Assembly: GCA_934702375.1 (NCBI GenBank)
Contig: CAKUYE010000001.1
Location: 11,275 to 75,274 of the forward strand
Reading direction: 5' to 3'
DNA: 64,000 nucleotides
Origin: an uncultured Bacillota bacterium
GTDB lineage: Bacteria; Bacillota; Dehalobacteriia; UBA7702
Under the pieces are notes generated by a model. That model saw only the letters and a list, made by a program, of their open reading frames with translations. It was not told the origin of the DNA and did not search any database. Both the position numbers and the translations under genes were made by a program. Positions 1 through 10,771 of this stretch are shown here, one piece after another (positions within the stretch are counted from its first letter, which is position 1; each line of letters begins with the position of its first letter).

Positions 1-300
1 GCTAACAATAGCTTTTCGAATTCCATCGGGAAAGCTGCCGATTTTAACCCTGGGCGGCTTCACTCTCGGAGCGGATCTGCCATAAAGCTCCCGATACAAC
101 CCTCGCAGTATTTTTTCATGGCAGCCTTCCTCATCGGCAATGGCAAAAATCCTTTTGCGGTCACGCTCTTTTATTGCCATCCGCGCCAGCTGACGGTATT
201 TCTCCCGATCCGTCACTTCATCCTCAAGTGCAACTTTAATCATTTCCTCTAATACCCAATCACCTCTCAGGAATTCATGCTCACCATTGGTTTTGCCCAC
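1..300 (-). CDS. hypothetical protein, 5' part only (gene continues beyond the window start); GTG start at 300 preceded by AAAGGAGG RBS
   Basis: Minus-strand ORF reading GKTNGEHEFLRGDWVLEEMIKVALEDE...; RBS AAAGGAGGC 6 nt upstream of GTG; runs off the window edge. Confidence 0.4.
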   Translation of the reverse strand, partial: MGKTNGEHEFLRGDWVLEEMIKVALEDEVTDREKYRQLARMAIKERDRKRIFAIADEEGCHEKILRGLYRELYGRSAPRVKPPRVKIGSFPDGIRKAIVS

Positions 301-495
301 GCAGATGCCTCCTTTAATATAGCTCTTCAAAATCGATGATGATCGTCATCAATAAAAAACAGCCAATAGATCAAAAAGCTCCCCATAAAAAAGAAAAGGA
401 TAACAGGAAAACTCACGCCAATCTCTCCCTTGGGTGAACTCCTATTACCCTATCCTATGAAAGATGATATAAAGTTGCTACTCTTTTTCGCCGCT

Positions 496-987
496 TCAAC
501 GCAAAGCCAATGTTGTCAATTCAATTCGTTCATTGCCATCGTAGTCGGCAAAAAGCTGTCGTACCGTACCACAACCGGGAACTTCCCAGTCCGGGACAAT
601 ATCCATCAACGGCTGCAAAACGAAAAGCCGCTGACCAATCCGGGGATGCGGAATCGTAAGACGTTCGCTTTCCACCACAACATCTTCATAAATCAAAATA
701 TCCACATCAATATTGCGAGGGCCGTTGACAAAAAGCTTTTTTCGACCCATGCCCTGTTCAATGCTTTGGGTCAATTCCAAGAGAGCAGCCGGTTCACGAT
801 CGGTCTCAATGAGAATGGCACCATTCAAAAAATCCTCTTGATCGGCATATCCCCAAGGCTCTGTTTGATACAAACGAGAAACCGCCTTTACCACACACCC
901 GTTTTCCTCCAAAAGAGCCACGGCCTCTTGCAAATTACCCAAAGTATCGCCAATATTGCTGCCCAAAGCCAGTACGACCTTTTTCAT
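496..987 (-). CDS. folK: 2-amino-4-hydroxy-6-hydroxymethyldihydropteridine pyrophosphokinase (HPPK)
   Basis: 163 aa; N-terminal VVLALGSNIGD, TEPWGY and PHPR motifs typical of HPPK; overlaps folB stop by 4 nt. Confidence 0.85.
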   Translation of the reverse strand: MKKVVLALGSNIGDTLGNLQEAVALLEENGCVVKAVSRLYQTEPWGYADQEDFLNGAILIETDREPAALLELTQSIEQGMGRKKLFVNGPRNIDVDILIYEDVVVESERLTIPHPRIGQRLFVLQPLMDIVPDWEVPGCGTVRQLFADYDGNERIELTTLALR

Positions 988-1346
988 TTCCGTTCCCTCC
1001 GCAATTCTACCGCAGCAGGGAAAAGGCAGGTTGTTCCCGGTGCTTTTGGCTTATCCACTCGCACCGTTACCGCCTGTACCGTAGAAAAGGCAGCCAAAAG
1101 ACGTTCAATGATTTCATAGGCCAGCTTTTCAATGAGATCAAATTTATGGTTCAATGTGACGTCAGCAATCATATCGTAAACCTCGCCGTAATTTACCGTT
1201 GCTTCAAGATCATCGGTTTTCCCTGCTTCAGTCAGGTCAAGTTCCAAAGTTGCAGAGACATAAAAGGTCTGCCCATTTTTCTTTTCCTCTTCAAAACAAC
1301 CATGGTAGGCAAAAAATTCCAGATGCTCCAAATATATTTTATCCAT
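984..1346 (-). CDS. folB: dihydroneopterin aldolase
   Basis: 120 aa; IYLEHLEFFAYHGCFEEEK...TVRVDKP pattern of FolB; sits between folP and folK. Confidence 0.8.
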   Translation of the reverse strand: MDKIYLEHLEFFAYHGCFEEEKKNGQTFYVSATLELDLTEAGKTDDLEATVNYGEVYDMIADVTLNHKFDLIEKLAYEIIERLLAAFSTVQAVTVRVDKPKAPGTTCLFPAAVELRRERK

Positions 1347-1349
1347 GGA

Positions 1350-2564
1350 TTAATACTCCTCTCTTACAATAGCATCGGCCATTTTGGCGACTTGTGCCAT
1401 TTCCTTCACATCATGAACACGAATCATATCCGCACCATTGGCAATGGAAATGGCAACGACGGCGGCATCTCCCATCAATCGCTGATCGGCCGGGGCATCC
1501 AAAACAAGACCCACCGTCTTTTTCCGGGAAGCCGCCATCAATACAGGGCATCCCAACGAAGTTAATTCTCTTAATTTATTGGTGAGCAATAGATTGTGTT
1601 CCATATCTTTGCCAAACCCAAAACCCGGATCGACAATAATTTGGCTGCGCTCACAACCGGCGGCCACGGCAATATCAATGCTGCGACGCAAAAATGCCGT
1701 CATTTCCGCCATGAAGTTATCATAAACGGCCTCGGTTTTATTGTGCATCAAAATGGCAGGACAACCGTATTTTCCGGCAACCGCCGCCATTTCTCCTTGG
1801 TCAAACTGGAAGCCCCATACGTCATTGATGATATGAGCACCGGCACTCAAAGCCGCTTCTGCCGTTACCGCTTTGTAGGAATCAATAGAGATCGGCACCT
1901 TTAATTTTCCCTTGAGCTTTTCGATGACCGGCAGCACTCGTTCCATCTCTTCTTCGGCGGAAACCACTTTGGAACCGGGCCGCGTGCTTTCACCGCCAAT
2001 GTCGATAATATCGGCGCCATCGGCTTCCATTTCCAAAGCATGCTCTGCGGCACGGTCTACATCAAACCATTGCCCGCCATCGGAAAAAGAATCCGGTGTG
2101 CAATTCAAAATTCCCATTACCAGGGTCTTTTTTCCGAAAACCAGTTCACCGCCGCGATAAGGCAAAACCCGCTCTTTTCGCAGCCCCACATCATTCAGCA
2201 ATGCGGTCAGCTCCTCGGCAAGCTGAGGCAATCCAAATTGCTGTAATTTCAATCGCTTTATAGCAGATTGAAACTGCGCTTTCGTTGCCATCATTACCAC
2301 GGCAGAGGTACCGGTTTGATGAATCAATACATCCCGATTTGTCACCAGCTCCCCGCCGCAGGAAAGCAGTGTTTCCTTTAAAATCTGCACGGCAGGATCC
2401 CGCAGGTTTTCACCATAAACATTATAATAACCGGCTTTGGCTGCCATATAACTGCTGCCATATTCCGTGGGATGAATATAGCGGCCAAAGAAACGGCAAG
2501 CTTCGGCAAGCTCATCAAGGGAAAGGATACGTAAATTAAAATTCTGCATATCAAAGCACCTCAC
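1350..2564 (-). CDS. folP: dihydropteroate synthase with an N-terminal extension of about 125 aa of unknown function
   Basis: MGILNCTPDSFSDGG pterin-binding signature begins near residue 145; total 404 aa, against about 270-280 aa for a typical DHPS. Confidence 0.8.
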   Translation of the reverse strand: MRCFDMQNFNLRILSLDELAEACRFFGRYIHPTEYGSSYMAAKAGYYNVYGENLRDPAVQILKETLLSCGGELVTNRDVLIHQTGTSAVVMMATKAQFQSAIKRLKLQQFGLPQLAEELTALLNDVGLRKERVLPYRGGELVFGKKTLVMGILNCTPDSFSDGGQWFDVDRAAEHALEMEADGADIIDIGGESTRPGSKVVSAEEEMERVLPVIEKLKGKLKVPISIDSYKAVTAEAALSAGAHIINDVWGFQFDQGEMAAVAGKYGCPAILMHNKTEAVYDNFMAEMTAFLRRSIDIAVAAGCERSQIIVDPGFGFGKDMEHNLLLTNKLRELTSLGCPVLMAASRKKTVGLVLDAPADQRLMGDAAVVAISIANGADMIRVHDVKEMAQVAKMADAIVREEY

Positions 2565-3067
2565 ACTGTAATCACCGGCGGTTTTTCCGGCGAGAATTTT
2601 TTACATTCGCTCAAAACAGGACAATCATAACAGGGACGGCTCTCTTTATCGGCACGATAAATCAGCAAATCAAAACCTTCGGTCCCTTTGGTGCGATGCA
2701 TGGCAATGGCGTGCAAGATCAAAGAGACCTCGGCATCGGAAAAACCCGCCTCGACTAAAAGCGGGCGGGCAAGCACTGCACTTTCTTTGCTGTGATCCTT
2801 CGAGGCGTCCTCATATTCCAGAAAACGGCCGATATCATGCAAAAAGGCGGCAGCATAAATCATTTCCTTTACCGCAGTCGGAGAAAAAGCTTCAAATTCC
2901 GGACAAACAACTTCTCCGGAGAGATAGAGAATATACCCGGTCCTTGCCACTTCCCACATATGGTTGCGATCATGGCGGCAAAAACGGCGCGTTTTTTCCC
3001 ACTGGCGGATATTTTCCATATAAGATTGATAGGAGGTGGAGTTCAAAAGGAACTCCACCCGTTTCAT
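2561..3067 (-). CDS. HD-domain metal-dependent phosphohydrolase
   Basis: HD motif in AAFLHDIGR and downstream H...D residues; start placed at internal ATG (MKRVEFLL...) just below the ftsH stop; the 238-aa track ORF overlaps ftsH. Confidence 0.6.
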   Translation of the reverse strand: MKRVEFLLNSTSYQSYMENIRQWEKTRRFCRHDRNHMWEVARTGYILYLSGEVVCPEFEAFSPTAVKEMIYAAAFLHDIGRFLEYEDASKDHSKESAVLARPLLVEAGFSDAEVSLILHAIAMHRTKGTEGFDLLIYRADKESRPCYDCPVLSECKKFSPEKPPVITV

Positions 3068-3074
3068 TGCATTT

Positions 3075-5069
3075 TTATTTTGTTTCATCGGAATCATCGC
3101 TGCCTGTGGTTTCCACGGTTTCCGCTTTGATTTCTCCGGCAACTCCTTCTTCTTTTGTTTCGGTGACATTTGCACTTTCTTTGGTATCGGCAAGATCCGG
3201 TTCTCCGGCGGCTTCGGCGGGAGCATCGGCATCAACGACGATTTCATTTGCTTCCGGGGCAGAGAGGGTGCGGCCATTCATGATATCAAGGAATTCCTGA
3301 GCTTCCATAGTTTCCTTTTCATAGAGAAGCTTGGCAATGACATGAAGTTTATCGATATGCTCCGTAAGGATTTCCGTGCAGCGTTCGTAAGCGGCATCCA
3401 TCATTTTCCGGGCTTCCCGGTCAATGGCGGCGGCAACTTCTTCGGAATAACCGCGATTCTGGCCCAACTCACGACCAAGGAATACCTGCTCTTCGTTATG
3501 ACCAAAGGTCAAAGCGCCCAATTCCTTGGACATACCATAGCGCATAATCATTTTCCGCACCAGCTCCGAAGCACGTTCCAGGTCATTTTGAGCACCGGTG
3601 CTGACATCCTTCAGAATAATTTCTTCGGCAATGCGTCCGCCGAGGAACACCACAATTTCGTCTTCCATATGGCTTTTGGTCATATAGTTGCGATCTTCTT
3701 CGGGAAGCATCAGCGTATAGCCGCCGGCACGTCCCCGGGGAATGATGGAAATTTTATGAACAGGATCCGAGGTGGGGCTGTAAAAAGCAGCCACAGCGTG
3801 TCCGGCTTCGTGATAGGAAGTCAATTTCTTTTCATTGGGACTTACCACCTTGCTCTTCTTTTCCGGACCGGCAATCACACGTTCGCTGGCATCTTCCATT
3901 TCCTGCATATTGATTACTGTTTTCCGCTGACGGGCAGCAAGAAGTGCGGCTTCATTCACCAGGTTTGCAAGGTCCGCCCCGGAGAAACCGGGAGTACGGC
4001 GAGCAATTACCGCAATATCAACATCGTTGCCAAGGGGTTTTCCTTTGCAATGAACACGCAGGATTTCTTCTCTGCCTTTCACATCGGGCATCCCAACGCT
4101 GATCTGGCGGTCAAAACGACCGGGACGCAGCAATGCAGGGTCAAGAATATCGGGACGGTTCGTTGCTGCAATTACAATAATACCGGAATTTTCGGCAAAA
4201 CCATCCATTTCAACAAGAAGCTGGTTCAAAGTCTGTTCACGTTCATCGTGACCACCGCCGACACCGGCACCGCGCTGACGGCCAACGGCATCGATTTCAT
4301 CGATAAAAACAATGCAGGGAGCATTCTTTTTCGCTTCGCCAAAGAGATCACGCACACGAGAAGCCCCAACACCGACAAACATTTCTACGAAGTCCGAACC
4401 GCTGATACTAAAGAATGGAACACCGGCTTCACCGGCAACGGCTTTGGCAAGAAGGGTTTTCCCTGTACCGGGATAACCGTAAAGCAGCACGCCTTTGGGG
4501 ATTTTAGCCCCTAAAGCATTGTAGCGGGTACCGTCTTTTAAGAAATCGACGATCTCTTCCAGTTCTTCCTTTACTTCGTCCACACCAGCAACATCACGAA
4601 AGGTGACCTTTTTATCGCCGGGGGCCTGCATCCGAGCTTTGCTTTTCCCAAACTGCATCACTTTGCCGCCACCACCCTGGCTTTGGTTCATAATGTAAAG
4701 GAATACCGCAAGAATGATGATGGTAGGCACCAGCATGATCAGGAGACTCTGCCACCAAGGCTCACCGGCCTGCTCCGAAAAGGAAACATTGACGCCTTTT
4801 TCATCCAGCTGGGTAATAAAATCATTATCCGGCGGCAGGGTTGCTTTATAAATATTATCTTTTTTATCCGTACCCGTAGCTTCCCAGGCATTGTCGGCCG
4901 CAACGATCACGACCTCTGTATATTCTCCGTTAAGAGCATTGTTCAAGAACTCCGTCGCGGATAAATCCGAAATATCCTGACGATCCCTGTTCATCATTTG
5001 GAAAACCGCAACGCAGCCCAAAACGATGAGAAGGTAAATCATGATGTTCTTTAAAAAATTCTTCTTCAA
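3075..5069 (-). CDS. ftsH: ATP-dependent zinc metalloprotease FtsH
   Basis: 664 aa; N-terminal TM segments, Walker [17 protein letters not shown] region, HEAGHA zinc motif, acidic C-terminal tail. Confidence 0.97.
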   Translation of the reverse strand: MKKNFLKNIMIYLLIVLGCVAVFQMMNRDRQDISDLSATEFLNNALNGEYTEVVIVAADNAWEATGTDKKDNIYKATLPPDNDFITQLDEKGVNVSFSEQAGEPWWQSLLIMLVPTIIILAVFLYIMNQSQGGGGKVMQFGKSKARMQAPGDKKVTFRDVAGVDEVKEELEEIVDFLKDGTRYNALGAKIPKGVLLYGYPGTGKTLLAKAVAGEAGVPFFSISGSDFVEMFVGVGASRVRDLFGEAKKNAPCIVFIDEIDAVGRQRGAGVGGGHDEREQTLNQLLVEMDGFAENSGIIVIAATNRPDILDPALLRPGRFDRQISVGMPDVKGREEILRVHCKGKPLGNDVDIAVIARRTPGFSGADLANLVNEAALLAARQRKTVINMQEMEDASERVIAGPEKKSKVVSPNEKKLTSYHEAGHAVAAFYSPTSDPVHKISIIPRGRAGGYTLMLPEEDRNYMTKSHMEDEIVVFLGGRIAEEIILKDVSTGAQNDLERASELVRKMIMRYGMSKELGALTFGHNEEQVFLGRELGQNRGYSEEVAAAIDREARKMMDAAYERCTEILTEHIDKLHVIAKLLYEKETMEAQEFLDIMNGRTLSAPEANEIVVDADAPAEAAGEPDLADTKESANVTETKEEGVAGEIKAETVETTGSDDSDETK

Positions 5070-5181
5070 GGTATCCTCCTTCGAGCATCTTATCTCAATA
5101 TGTTATAACTATATTCTTCGCTATTATAGCACAAAAAATAAGGAGAGAAAAGGGGTATTTATCAAATGAAAAAAGATTTTT

Positions 5182-6537
5182 TCAACCCATTTTCTCGATT
5201 TCCACAATAACGCCTTTTTCCTCTGCGGAACCAAAAACGCGATACCCCACAACCCAAAGGATTTGGGAACCGATGGACAATAAAGGGATCGAATCACGAA
5301 GATGTTTCGGAATCTTTTCATCGATAAAATAATCACTCAGTTTTTTCCGGTTTCCGTTGGGCAGTACCGCAAAATCACCTTGCCGGCGATATCGAAACTG
5401 CGGCAGTCCATTTTCAAAAAGAGAAGCTCCAAAAACCCCTGATTTTTCAGGGTCTGCCTTTCTTTTTTCAAAACAAACAGAGGTTGTAATCTTCCACCCT
5501 AATGCCGGGATATCCGTTTCTCCGGGAAAATTCAGATCCCAACTTAAATCATTGGAAAAAGCTTTGTGCAGAGGTCTTTTTTCCGTAAACAGCAGGGATT
5601 CCCCGGTATGCATCACAACAAGAGAGGAAGAAAGAGATATTTCCTTGCCGGTCTGTAAAGCCAAAAGCACTCCTATGCGCTCATAAGAAGGCACAATATC
5701 CCACATTCCCGCGGCAATTCGCAACACACGCCGCATCACTGAAATATCCTGCTCCGGTTTTAAAGGCCAGGTCAGAATCAAATCTTTCCCTTTTCGGCAG
5801 CTGTTTGCAGCAAAAACTTTCCCGGCGATTTCGTTTAAAAAACGGTCATCCTCTCCCGCAAGGCTCCCAAAACGACTCAACGCCGCGGAAACCGCCGGAT
5901 TGATCTCCGTCATTTTCGGCAATACCTCCAACCGAATCTTATTTCTGGTGTAGACCGTGTCATAATTGGTGCTGTCCTCATGATAAGAGATCCTTTTTTC
6001 ATGACAATAAGAGATCAGTTCCTCTTTGCTGCAACAAAGCAAAGGACGCCCCAGATCCCTCTCCCGGGGGAGCATACCCCTCGCCCCTTCGGCACCACAC
6101 CCTCGAATCAAATGCAAAAGGATCGTTTCCGCCTGATCATCCATATGATGCGCCGTCAAAATCAGCTCTCCGCCCAAAGAGCGAAAAAAGCGATACCGCT
6201 CCTCCCGACCGGTTTCTTCAATCCCCTGTCCTCGCTCTTGAGCCAAAGTCCCAATATCCAAATGAGTGCAGCGAAAACCCAAGCCATGCTCCGCCGCAAA
6301 CCGTTTCACAAGAGCTTCATCCTTATCGGCATCACTGCGAAGCCCATGATGCACATGAGCCGCAACATACCGATACTGTGGGTAGCACTCCACCATCAAA
6401 TGTCCCAATGCCATGGAATCACTGCCCCCGGAAAGGGCGAGGATCACGGTTTCAGTACCGACCAGAATATGCTGTTTTTCAATAAAATCCATTACCTTTT
6501 GTTCTATCGCCTTCATCACACCTGCACTCTGTTTCAA
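5182..6537 (-). CDS. tilS: tRNA(Ile)-lysidine synthetase
   Basis: PP-loop SGGSDS motif near N-terminus; 451 aa; canonical position upstream of ftsH. Confidence 0.9.
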   Translation of the reverse strand: MKQSAGVMKAIEQKVMDFIEKQHILVGTETVILALSGGSDSMALGHLMVECYPQYRYVAAHVHHGLRSDADKDEALVKRFAAEHGLGFRCTHLDIGTLAQERGQGIEETGREERYRFFRSLGGELILTAHHMDDQAETILLHLIRGCGAEGARGMLPRERDLGRPLLCCSKEELISYCHEKRISYHEDSTNYDTVYTRNKIRLEVLPKMTEINPAVSAALSRFGSLAGEDDRFLNEIAGKVFAANSCRKGKDLILTWPLKPEQDISVMRRVLRIAAGMWDIVPSYERIGVLLALQTGKEISLSSSLVVMHTGESLLFTEKRPLHKAFSNDLSWDLNFPGETDIPALGWKITTSVCFEKRKADPEKSGVFGASLFENGLPQFRYRRQGDFAVLPNGNRKKLSDYFIDEKIPKHLRDSIPLLSIGSQILWVVGYRVFGSAEEKGVIVEIEKMG

Positions 6538-6669
6538 ACAACATGCTTGATACCGTTAATAAGTCGCTTATTCTTTCTATCAGTATATCACATCCACGCC
6601 TTCCCTTAAAGCAAAAAACAGCAAAGAATCTTTTGTCCAAAAAGATTCTTTGCCGAAATTTATCATTTA

Positions 6670-9030
6670 TTATACGACCTTTGCCACAGTTACCGTGATA
6701 TCGTCCTTTACCTTGCCCCCTCCTGCCAATACGGCATGGTTGGCAATGCGTTCTCCAATCGCCTTAGGCGTATCACCGCAACAATCCGCCAATAGAGGGA
6801 TCAACCATTCATCCGGCCCATTTCCGACGGAAACCGCTTCTTCCAAGCCATCGCTGGCCAAAATAAGAATATCACCGGGATTCAAGGGCTCCTTGGAACG
6901 TTTGGCCGGAGCAGAAAAGAAAGTGTTTCCGTCAAAGGCAACACCGCCGATCACTTTTACCCCCTTTCCCGGTGTACACAGGTAGGATGCACCGGCGCCA
7001 AGCTTCACGAACTCCGCTTTTTTTCGAATGCGATCAATCAAACAAAGATCAAGGGTAGCATAAAGTTCCGCCTCTCTTTCCAATAATAATCGGTGTCGAG
7101 CCAAAGCCGCAACAAAATCCTGCTCAAAACCACAATCCAGTATCTTACGAATAAACTCCACTGTATTTTGAGATTCTTTTTTCGCTTTCGCACCGGAACC
7201 CATACCATCGCTGATGATCAAAGCTTCTTTTGCGTCAGGCAACAACAACGCTGCATCGGTATCACCACAAACGGTGCTGCCCTCTTTCGTCAATTGTACG
7301 GAGCTGACTTCCATGGAAATCGCATCGCCGGAGATCAAACGGCAGACACAGGCTTCGCCCCGGCTGCCGCAACAACAATCCGAAACGGTATAATGCAAAC
7401 CGGAAAGATGATTGATTGCTCCGGCGATCTGGCGTCCGCAGGGGCGTTTTCCATCACAATGACGGGTTTTGAGCCGCAACCGGATCTCATTCATATCAAT
7501 GTTATCGAAAAGAATTTTATCAACGCGAAAACCGTTTTTTCGTAATTCACCGCCGAGCTTGGTATAAAGGGTTTCCTTCATCGTTTTCAACCCTTCCATA
7601 TTTTCCGCCAATTCCGTTAAGATTCGGGCGGTATGCTCCATTTGACTTACAGCCAAAGTGCGGCTGGCATCAACTTGCCGCTGCCAATACTCATTTTTCC
7701 GAAAAAGCTCATAAAGACAATTTACGGCAGTCACCATTTCTTTGCTATGACAGCATTTACGCCGAAAGGTTTCGGGAAGATCCTTTGTGGTGATACCGTC
7801 GTTGGCATCGGCTAAGGCAAAAACCCGCATCAGATCTTTATAGGTCACATCAAAATCACTTTTCCAACATAACCCCTTTAACGTACAACCATTACAAATT
7901 TTTGCAGAGATATGCTCTAAAATTCCATTGGCATTTTTTCCGCTTTGAATAGACGATTCCTGATACACACCGTTCATCGCCGTTTTCAGAGCGGAAAGAC
8001 TTTGCCCGGTCTCTTTCAGACGATTCAAAGCATATTCCTCGCTTTTGGAAGAGGTATCGGCCTTTGCCGCCGGAGTTTTCAATCCAAACACTTCAGAGAT
8101 ACGAAAAAGAATGCCATTGGGTATTGCCAGGAAAAGTACTGCCCCGATCAAAGTTTCCAGAGCAGATGATGATAAAAGAGTTGTGTCAAGGAGATATAGA
8201 GATAACAATATCTTTCCCAGCAAATACCCAACAATAATCCCCGGTCGGCGAAAACGGCGGAATAGCCCTGCCGATAAACCGGAGAAAGCATACATTCCGA
8301 TGGCTGCCGGACTGACCAACGCAGAAAGCGATGGCAGAATACCAAGGACCGCCCCGGCGGCGGCACCGCTTCCGGCACCGCCGATAAAGGCAGCAGAAAG
8401 GATCAGGAAACACATCACAACATTTGCAGGAGATACGGAATAGACTGCAAAGCTATCCATGCCCAGTAACAAACCACCGGCAAAAATAAATATGCATAGG
8501 ATATCTCCCCGTCCCGGTTTTTCCATACTGCCTAAAAGATGCCATACCTCAGAAGCTCGATGCAGTACAAGAGAAAATCCGGCAGCTAAGATGCTCTCAG
8601 TCAAGGTGATAACGAGGAGCATATCCGATATGCCTTGAAAAACAAGAAACAGGCCGCGTATGACCAAAACTGCCGTAAAGACAGTGATCACCAAATACGA
8701 TTGACTTTTACTCCCTAAAACAGGATAAAACAAAAAACAAAAGAAGGATGCCACCAAAATCACGGCATAAACGGCAAATTGAGACGGTACAAAATAATAA
8801 TACCCGGCGGCGGCAAAAATCAGCCAGAGAAAACTCCGGCGCCGATCTGCAGCGGAAGCCGAAGCAAACCAGGCAATGCCAAAGGGATAAACAGCACCGA
8901 GAAAACCCGCACCGGCCATAAAAAAGCCGCAGATCCCCAAGAGAAGAGTCGGTAAAGAAAACCAGCATCGTACCATAGATTTTACCGGATGTTCTTTTTT
9001 CATTTTAGGCAAAGCCATTCTTTTTGGCAT
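6670..9030 (-). CDS. spoIIE: stage II sporulation protein E (PP2C phosphatase with polytopic membrane domain)
   Basis: About 10 hydrophobic segments in the N-terminal half; C-terminal PP2C-type domain with DGMGSG and ASDG motifs; about 790-846 aa depending on start (ATG at 9030 chosen; TTG at 9210 possible). Confidence 0.85.
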   Translation of the reverse strand: MPKRMALPKMKKEHPVKSMVRCWFSLPTLLLGICGFFMAGAGFLGAVYPFGIAWFASASAADRRRSFLWLIFAAAGYYYFVPSQFAVYAVILVASFFCFLFYPVLGSKSQSYLVITVFTAVLVIRGLFLVFQGISDMLLVITLTESILAAGFSLVLHRASEVWHLLGSMEKPGRGDILCIFIFAGGLLLGMDSFAVYSVSPANVVMCFLILSAAFIGGAGSGAAAGAVLGILPSLSALVSPAAIGMYAFSGLSAGLFRRFRRPGIIVGYLLGKILLSLYLLDTTLLSSSALETLIGAVLFLAIPNGILFRISEVFGLKTPAAKADTSSKSEEYALNRLKETGQSLSALKTAMNGVYQESSIQSGKNANGILEHISAKICNGCTLKGLCWKSDFDVTYKDLMRVFALADANDGITTKDLPETFRRKCCHSKEMVTAVNCLYELFRKNEYWQRQVDASRTLAVSQMEHTARILTELAENMEGLKTMKETLYTKLGGELRKNGFRVDKILFDNIDMNEIRLRLKTRHCDGKRPCGRQIAGAINHLSGLHYTVSDCCCGSRGEACVCRLISGDAISMEVSSVQLTKEGSTVCGDTDAALLLPDAKEALIISDGMGSGAKAKKESQNTVEFIRKILDCGFEQDFVAALARHRLLLEREAELYATLDLCLIDRIRKKAEFVKLGAGASYLCTPGKGVKVIGGVAFDGNTFFSAPAKRSKEPLNPGDILILASDGLEEAVSVGNGPDEWLIPLLADCCGDTPKAIGERIANHAVLAGGGKVKDDITVTVAKVV

Positions 9031-9316
9031 TGCTTTTTCTTCAAAGGGATAAAACTTTACCGACTCACTCACTGGATCACATCCTTTCCTGGGGCTTTTC
9101 TTTTGTTTTCTATCGCATCTCGCGATTCTGATACAATTATAGCTCTTTGCCGCTGTAAACATTGTCACAATACCGAAGCCAAACAAAGAATTTTCCGACG
9201 GTATCTGCAAGTATCCGGCAAAATACCCATAGCATTTTCGTCACATTTCCATTGACAAACCCATCTTCCCTGTTCAGGGCAGAGTCAAGGAACGACATTA
9301 TTTCAAAATGCGAAAA

Positions 9317-9754
9317 TCAGTGCAATACCAGTTTTGTACCGATAAGCAAAAGGACCACACCGCCAATACGACTCCAGGCAAAGGGAATTTTCTCTGCTCC
9401 AAAAAGGCCAAAACAGTCAATGATCAAAGCCATGGAAATCTGAAACAAAATGATTACTGCCGTGGCATTGCCCACTCCGGCTTTTCCCATTGCAGCGATA
9501 ACGCCAAATACGATTACCGCAGAAAGAACACCTCCCAGATAACCATACCAAGGGATTTCCGAAAAGCGGGAAAAATCTCCTTTGCCAATGCCGCACAAAA
9601 GAAGAATTCCAATGGTAAGGGCACCGATCAAATGAACAACCAGCGTATTTTCTGCCGTACCGATGACCTTGCCCGCAGCAGTATTAAAGGTCCCCTGCAG
9701 CGCCATGGCGGCTCCGGCAACGGCAGCAAAGATATAACAGGAGAATTGCTGCAA
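9317..9754 (-). CDS. DMT-superfamily small membrane protein (DUF606/YdcZ-like)
   Basis: 145 aa, four predicted TM helices, Gly-rich helices typical of DUF606. Confidence 0.55.
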   Translation of the reverse strand: MQQFSCYIFAAVAGAAMALQGTFNTAAGKVIGTAENTLVVHLIGALTIGILLLCGIGKGDFSRFSEIPWYGYLGGVLSAVIVFGVIAAMGKAGVGNATAVIILFQISMALIIDCFGLFGAEKIPFAWSRIGGVVLLLIGTKLVLH

Positions 9755-9878
9755 ATGATCTCACCTCCTCTCCCTGCCGAAACTTTCGGCATTTCTTATA
9801 GATAGACTACCCCAAAGTGCAATAAAAAACCATATTCTTATCCATACTACAACAAAGACGAAAAAGGAGCTTGCACAA

Positions 9879-10547
9879 ATGCCCATATTGTTACTGATGA
9901 CATTAAAAACCGGCGCTCTGTTCTTACTCACTCTGGGATGTTTTCGTCTGATGGGCTATCGCTCCCTGGGAGATATGGAACCTCTGGATTACGTGATCGT
10001 TTTGGGGATCGGCGAAATCATGGGATCACCATTAAGTGCCCCGGAAGATCCCATTTACGGCGCGGCCATTGCCATTGTTACACTCACTCTTCTCCAAATG
10101 ATCCTTTCCGCCCTTTATTCCAAAATTCCCAAACTGGGTAGAATGATGGAAGGCGGACCGATTCCGGTGATTCGTGACGGCAAGATCATCGAAAAGAACC
10201 TGAGCCGCAATCGCATTGACACCGATTCCATTATGGAGGAGCTGCGCATCAAAGGCTGCCGGGATGAAAGAGATGTAGACGCAGCTTATCTGGAGCCAAG
10301 TGGACGTTTTAGCGTGATTTTAAAAAACGAAGCATCCCCCATTACCCCGCGCTATCTGGGAGAAAACGCATCTTTGCTCCTAGTGGAACATGGGGAAATC
10401 CGCACCGCCGATTGGGAACGATGTGATGCTCCCAAAGAAGAGATCCTTCGCTTTTTAGAAGGCGAAAAAATAGAATCCTGGCAAGAAATCAAGACTCTTC
10501 TTTACAAAAACGGCGCTTTTTACATGGAACGAAAAAAAAATTCGTGA
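9879..10547 (+). CDS. DUF421 (YetF-like) membrane protein
   Basis: 222 aa; N-terminal TM segments then soluble domain, YetF-family pattern; RBS AAAGGAGC upstream. Confidence 0.55.
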   Translation: MPILLLMTLKTGALFLLTLGCFRLMGYRSLGDMEPLDYVIVLGIGEIMGSPLSAPEDPIYGAAIAIVTLTLLQMILSALYSKIPKLGRMMEGGPIPVIRDGKIIEKNLSRNRIDTDSIMEELRIKGCRDERDVDAAYLEPSGRFSVILKNEASPITPRYLGENASLLLVEHGEIRTADWERCDAPKEEILRFLEGEKIESWQEIKTLLYKNGAFYMERKKNS

Positions 10548-10576
10548 TTTTCTGATTTTTTTTCGTAAAACCTATT

Positions 10577-10605
10577 GACTTTTCGGCAAATGTATGCGAT
10601 AATTA
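10577..10605 (+). promoter_or_regulatory. sigma-A type promoter for the tRNA genes (TTGACT-17-GATAAT)
   Basis: TTGACT and GATAAT hexamers separated by 17 nt, about 10 nt upstream of the tRNA-Met 5' end. Confidence 0.55.
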
Positions 10606-10615
10606 GTATCACTGT

Positions 10616-10691
10616 GGCGGTGTAGCTCAGTGGTTAGAGCACTCGGTTCATACCCGGGGTGTCAAGGGTTCAAATCCATTCACCGCTACCA
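10616..10691 (+). tRNA. tRNA-Met (anticodon CAT), CCA encoded
   Basis: Cloverleaf by eye: acceptor GGCGGTG/CACCGCT, D-arm GCTC-AGTGGTTA-GAGC, anticodon loop TTCATAC, T-loop TTCAAAT, 3' ACCA; one G-A mismatch in T-stem; Met versus initiator versus lysidine-Ile not resolved. Confidence 0.8.
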
Positions 10692-10694
10692 CAT

Positions 10695-10771
10695 GGCGCG
10701 TTGGAGAAGCGGCTGAACTCACCAGCCTTTCACGCTGGCATTCATGGGTTCGAATCCCATACGCGTCACCA
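10695..10771 (+). tRNA. tRNA-Glu (anticodon TTC), CCA encoded
   Basis: Acceptor GGCGCGT/ACGCGTC, anticodon stem CCAGC/GCTGG with loop CTTTCAC, T-loop GGTTCGAATCC, 3' ACCA. Confidence 0.85.

Noticed and set aside
3036-4514. 492-aa plus-strand ORF
   Set aside because: Lies entirely antisense to ftsH, Gly/Phe-rich low-complexity translation, no RBS; a shadow ORF of a strongly supported gene.
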